This document shows, piece after piece, positions 62,155 through 64,000 of a stretch of 64,000 nt of DNA. The position numbers and the translations under genes were made by a program. The stretch covers positions 137,309 to 201,308 of the forward strand of contig CAZALK010000009.1 in NCBI GenBank assembly GCA_964486045.1. The letters are read 5' to 3'. Below the pieces are notes generated by a model. That model saw nothing but the letters and a program-made list of their open reading frames with translations, was not told the origin of the DNA and did not search any database. Position 1 is the stretch's first letter. Each line of letters starts with the position of its first letter. The stretch is from an uncultured archaeon (GTDB lineage Archaea > Asgardarchaeota > Lokiarchaeia > Sigyniarchaeales > SOKP01).

Positions 62155-62310
62155 ATGAGTGAACTTCAAACTCTAAGAGGCTATTTGAACCAATTGCCAG
62201 CAACGTTCCTTAAATTATTTAATGTTGAGCCTCCGCTTAATGTGATTCCTGAACCTATTCAACCAATTTTGGATTTATATCAAGATATTGAACGTATTTT
62301 CCTGGTGGTT
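62155..62310 (+). pseudogene. 5' fragment of probable alkaline-phosphatase-superfamily (type I phosphodiesterase) gene, truncated
   Basis: LNQLPATFLKLF...ERIFLVV resembles the N-terminus preceding the catalytic D-x-x-G; the similarity stops abruptly at 62310. Confidence 0.45.
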
Positions 62311-63092
62311 TCTTTCTTTTTAATATCTTTTTCTGTCGCCAAAAGGCTATTAATTGCCTTCCGTCTCATTTCATGATAGTACTTATTATCTCCTAACGAT
62401 TTGGCTGCATGGGCTGATTCTATCATTAGACACCACTCTTCTGGGAACTGCATTAATGCCTTATCAGATAAATCAATTATTCTCTCAAAAAGGCCTAATT
62501 GTTTATAGCAACTAATTAAGAGAATATAATTACCATAGAATCGAGGATCCAGGGCAATTGAAAGCTCAAAAGATTTTTTAGCATCATCGATATCGCCTTT
62601 TCTGAAAAATGCATATCCCAAAAAGCTCCATATCTCAGCGTATGAACTATCAAATGCTAATGATTCTGAAAACATTTCACAAGCATCTGGAATATTTCCC
62701 ATACTTAAACTGATAAACCCAAAATATACGCTAGAAAACCACTCGTCATTAATAGCCGGATTTTCTATCTTAAGCTGTTCACAAATCTCGAAAAGATTCT
62801 GATAGATAATAAACTCATATCTTGAAGGTTCTTTGTGAAATTCATGAGGAACATGAATGATCTTTCGCCCTATAGGATAATACCGATAGGCGAATACAAT
62901 CCATGTATTTAAGAATTCAGATACATCATTATCCCTTTTTAACTTTAAAATCAATTTAGCATAGTCAAGCGATAAATTAAACCGAAAATACGAGTCTTCC
63001 TCTTTGTTAAAATCATCTTTATTTAATCCCTTAATAAGATCAAGATAGATATCTGTTGTTTTTGACTTCTTCATGATTAATGTTTTTCTCAT
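62280..63092 (-). CDS. Tetratricopeptide repeat protein
   Basis: AEIWSFLGYAFFRKGDIDDAKKSFELSIALDP is a canonical TPR. Confidence 0.82.
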   Translation of the reverse strand: MRKTLIMKKSKTTDIYLDLIKGLNKDDFNKEEDSYFRFNLSLDYAKLILKLKRDNDVSEFLNTWIVFAYRYYPIGRKIIHVPHEFHKEPSRYEFIIYQNLFEICEQLKIENPAINDEWFSSVYFGFISLSMGNIPDACEMFSESLAFDSSYAEIWSFLGYAFFRKGDIDDAKKSFELSIALDPRFYGNYILLISCYKQLGLFERIIDLSDKALMQFPEEWCLMIESAHAAKSLGDNKYYHEMRRKAINSLLATEKDIKKKETTRKIRSIS

Positions 63093-63147
63093 ATGGTTTA
63101 AGTAAGGTTAACTGTTCAATACTGCTTTTTGATTTTTATTAAATATT

Positions 63148-63900
63148 TTAACTATAATATTTCTCAACTGTGATAACCTCAAATTGAATCATTATACTAG
63201 TATTAAAGAAGACATAATCGTTCTGACCGTAAGAGAGCGCGGGAGCTCCGGTGTTATCATCAATGCCATCTAAATTCTCATCAACACACCTATCTAACCA
63301 TATTTTTTCACTTTCAAATCCTTCGAATTTTCCTAATAAGTTGTTATAAAGACCCAAGATTAAACCTTGGGGGTGGTCTACTCTTGAAATTGCGGTTACC
63401 CATAAAACATTATCAGACATAAGACTGCCTTCGCTATATATCCCGACCTCCTCAGCAATCCACTCTACATAACGAATCTTAACACTATCATTTATCCCAA
63501 CTTGCTTCGGTCGTGAGTCTATTTTTGCCTTAGAAATGAAAATAAAAATTCCTCCCAATACAAGTGAAACAATAATAAGAGAAACTTGCCAAATTTTTAC
63601 TTTACGGAAGACTACAAACCTTGATTTTCGGCCAATCTTTTGAGGTGGTCGGATTGTTTTTACTTTCTTAGGATCAAACGGCTCAACCATTGGAAACCGG
63701 ATATATCCTTTACCTTCTTTAACAGAGCGATAGGTTATTAAAATCTTCTTATCAGCCTTTAATTCTGAAAGTAAGGCATCAATCGACCCTGAACTGACTT
63801 GCAAAGACTCTTCAAGCCTTCTTACAGGAACTATCGGCTTCTTGCCCCCAAAAAACTGCTGAATATGTTGATATAAGCCCTCTCAGGTTATTTGTGCCAT
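63148..63900 (-). pseudogene. Single-TM protein with probable N-terminal wHTH; in-frame TGA at codon 6
   Basis: ATG 63900 gives MAQIT-TGA-EGLYQHIQQFF...VRRLEESLQVS..., continuous with ORF 63148..63804; a TM segment precedes a C-terminal extracellular domain. Confidence 0.55.
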
Positions 63901-64000
63901 CTTTCTAATTTTTCTTACTTATCATTTATACGCATTTGAATATTTAAATTACTTTTCTGACGTTTGACTATTCATTATCATTTTTTTTTTTTTTTTTTTT

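Noticed and set aside
60742-63885. Genome-wide TGA reassignment suggested by in-frame TGAs at 5743, 60742 and 63883
   Set aside because: TGA ends normal genes here (43267, 44603, 34770), and the expected residues differ (Gly vs probably Arg), which fits independent nonsense mutations.
63982-64000. Terminal poly-T run
   Set aside because: At the window edge; likely a terminator-like tract or contig-end artefact that cannot be evaluated.

Overview
AT-rich archaeal chromosomal window. The gene content points to an Asgard archaeon of the Lokiarchaeia type: an ESCRT-II/Vps4/ESCRT-III cluster, longin-like proteins, a Loki-type LRR protein, an archaeal SRP RNA and a BHB-type tRNA intron. Most of it is housekeeping and metabolic genes (gdhA end, wecC-like, IMPase, two UroD/MtaA-family genes, mpg, mtnA, dus, glgP, fadD-like, pgk, larB/larC, NOP2 and NIP7), plus tRNA-Gly(GCC, with intron), tRNA-Val(GAC) and SRP RNA. 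Notable structure missed by the ORF track: (1) rpsJ/uS10 is interrupted by a 31-nt frame-breaking insert whose removal restores a full-length protein and leaves a 6-bp stem with a 7-nt loop; (2) an LRR gene sits between ~81-89 bp near-perfect inverted repeats, one arm being the 3' end of the neighbouring response regulator; (3) a 13-bp copy of the intron-less tRNA-Gly junction lies just downstream of the tRNA, followed by a 1.6 kb segment between recombinase-type sites that carries a truncated terminase; (4) several genes seem to need AUC/AUA starts; (5) several eukaryote-like proteins (Bud23-like, NOT4-type C4C4 RING, Whirly-like). All family calls come from motif recognition by eye; no database searches were run.
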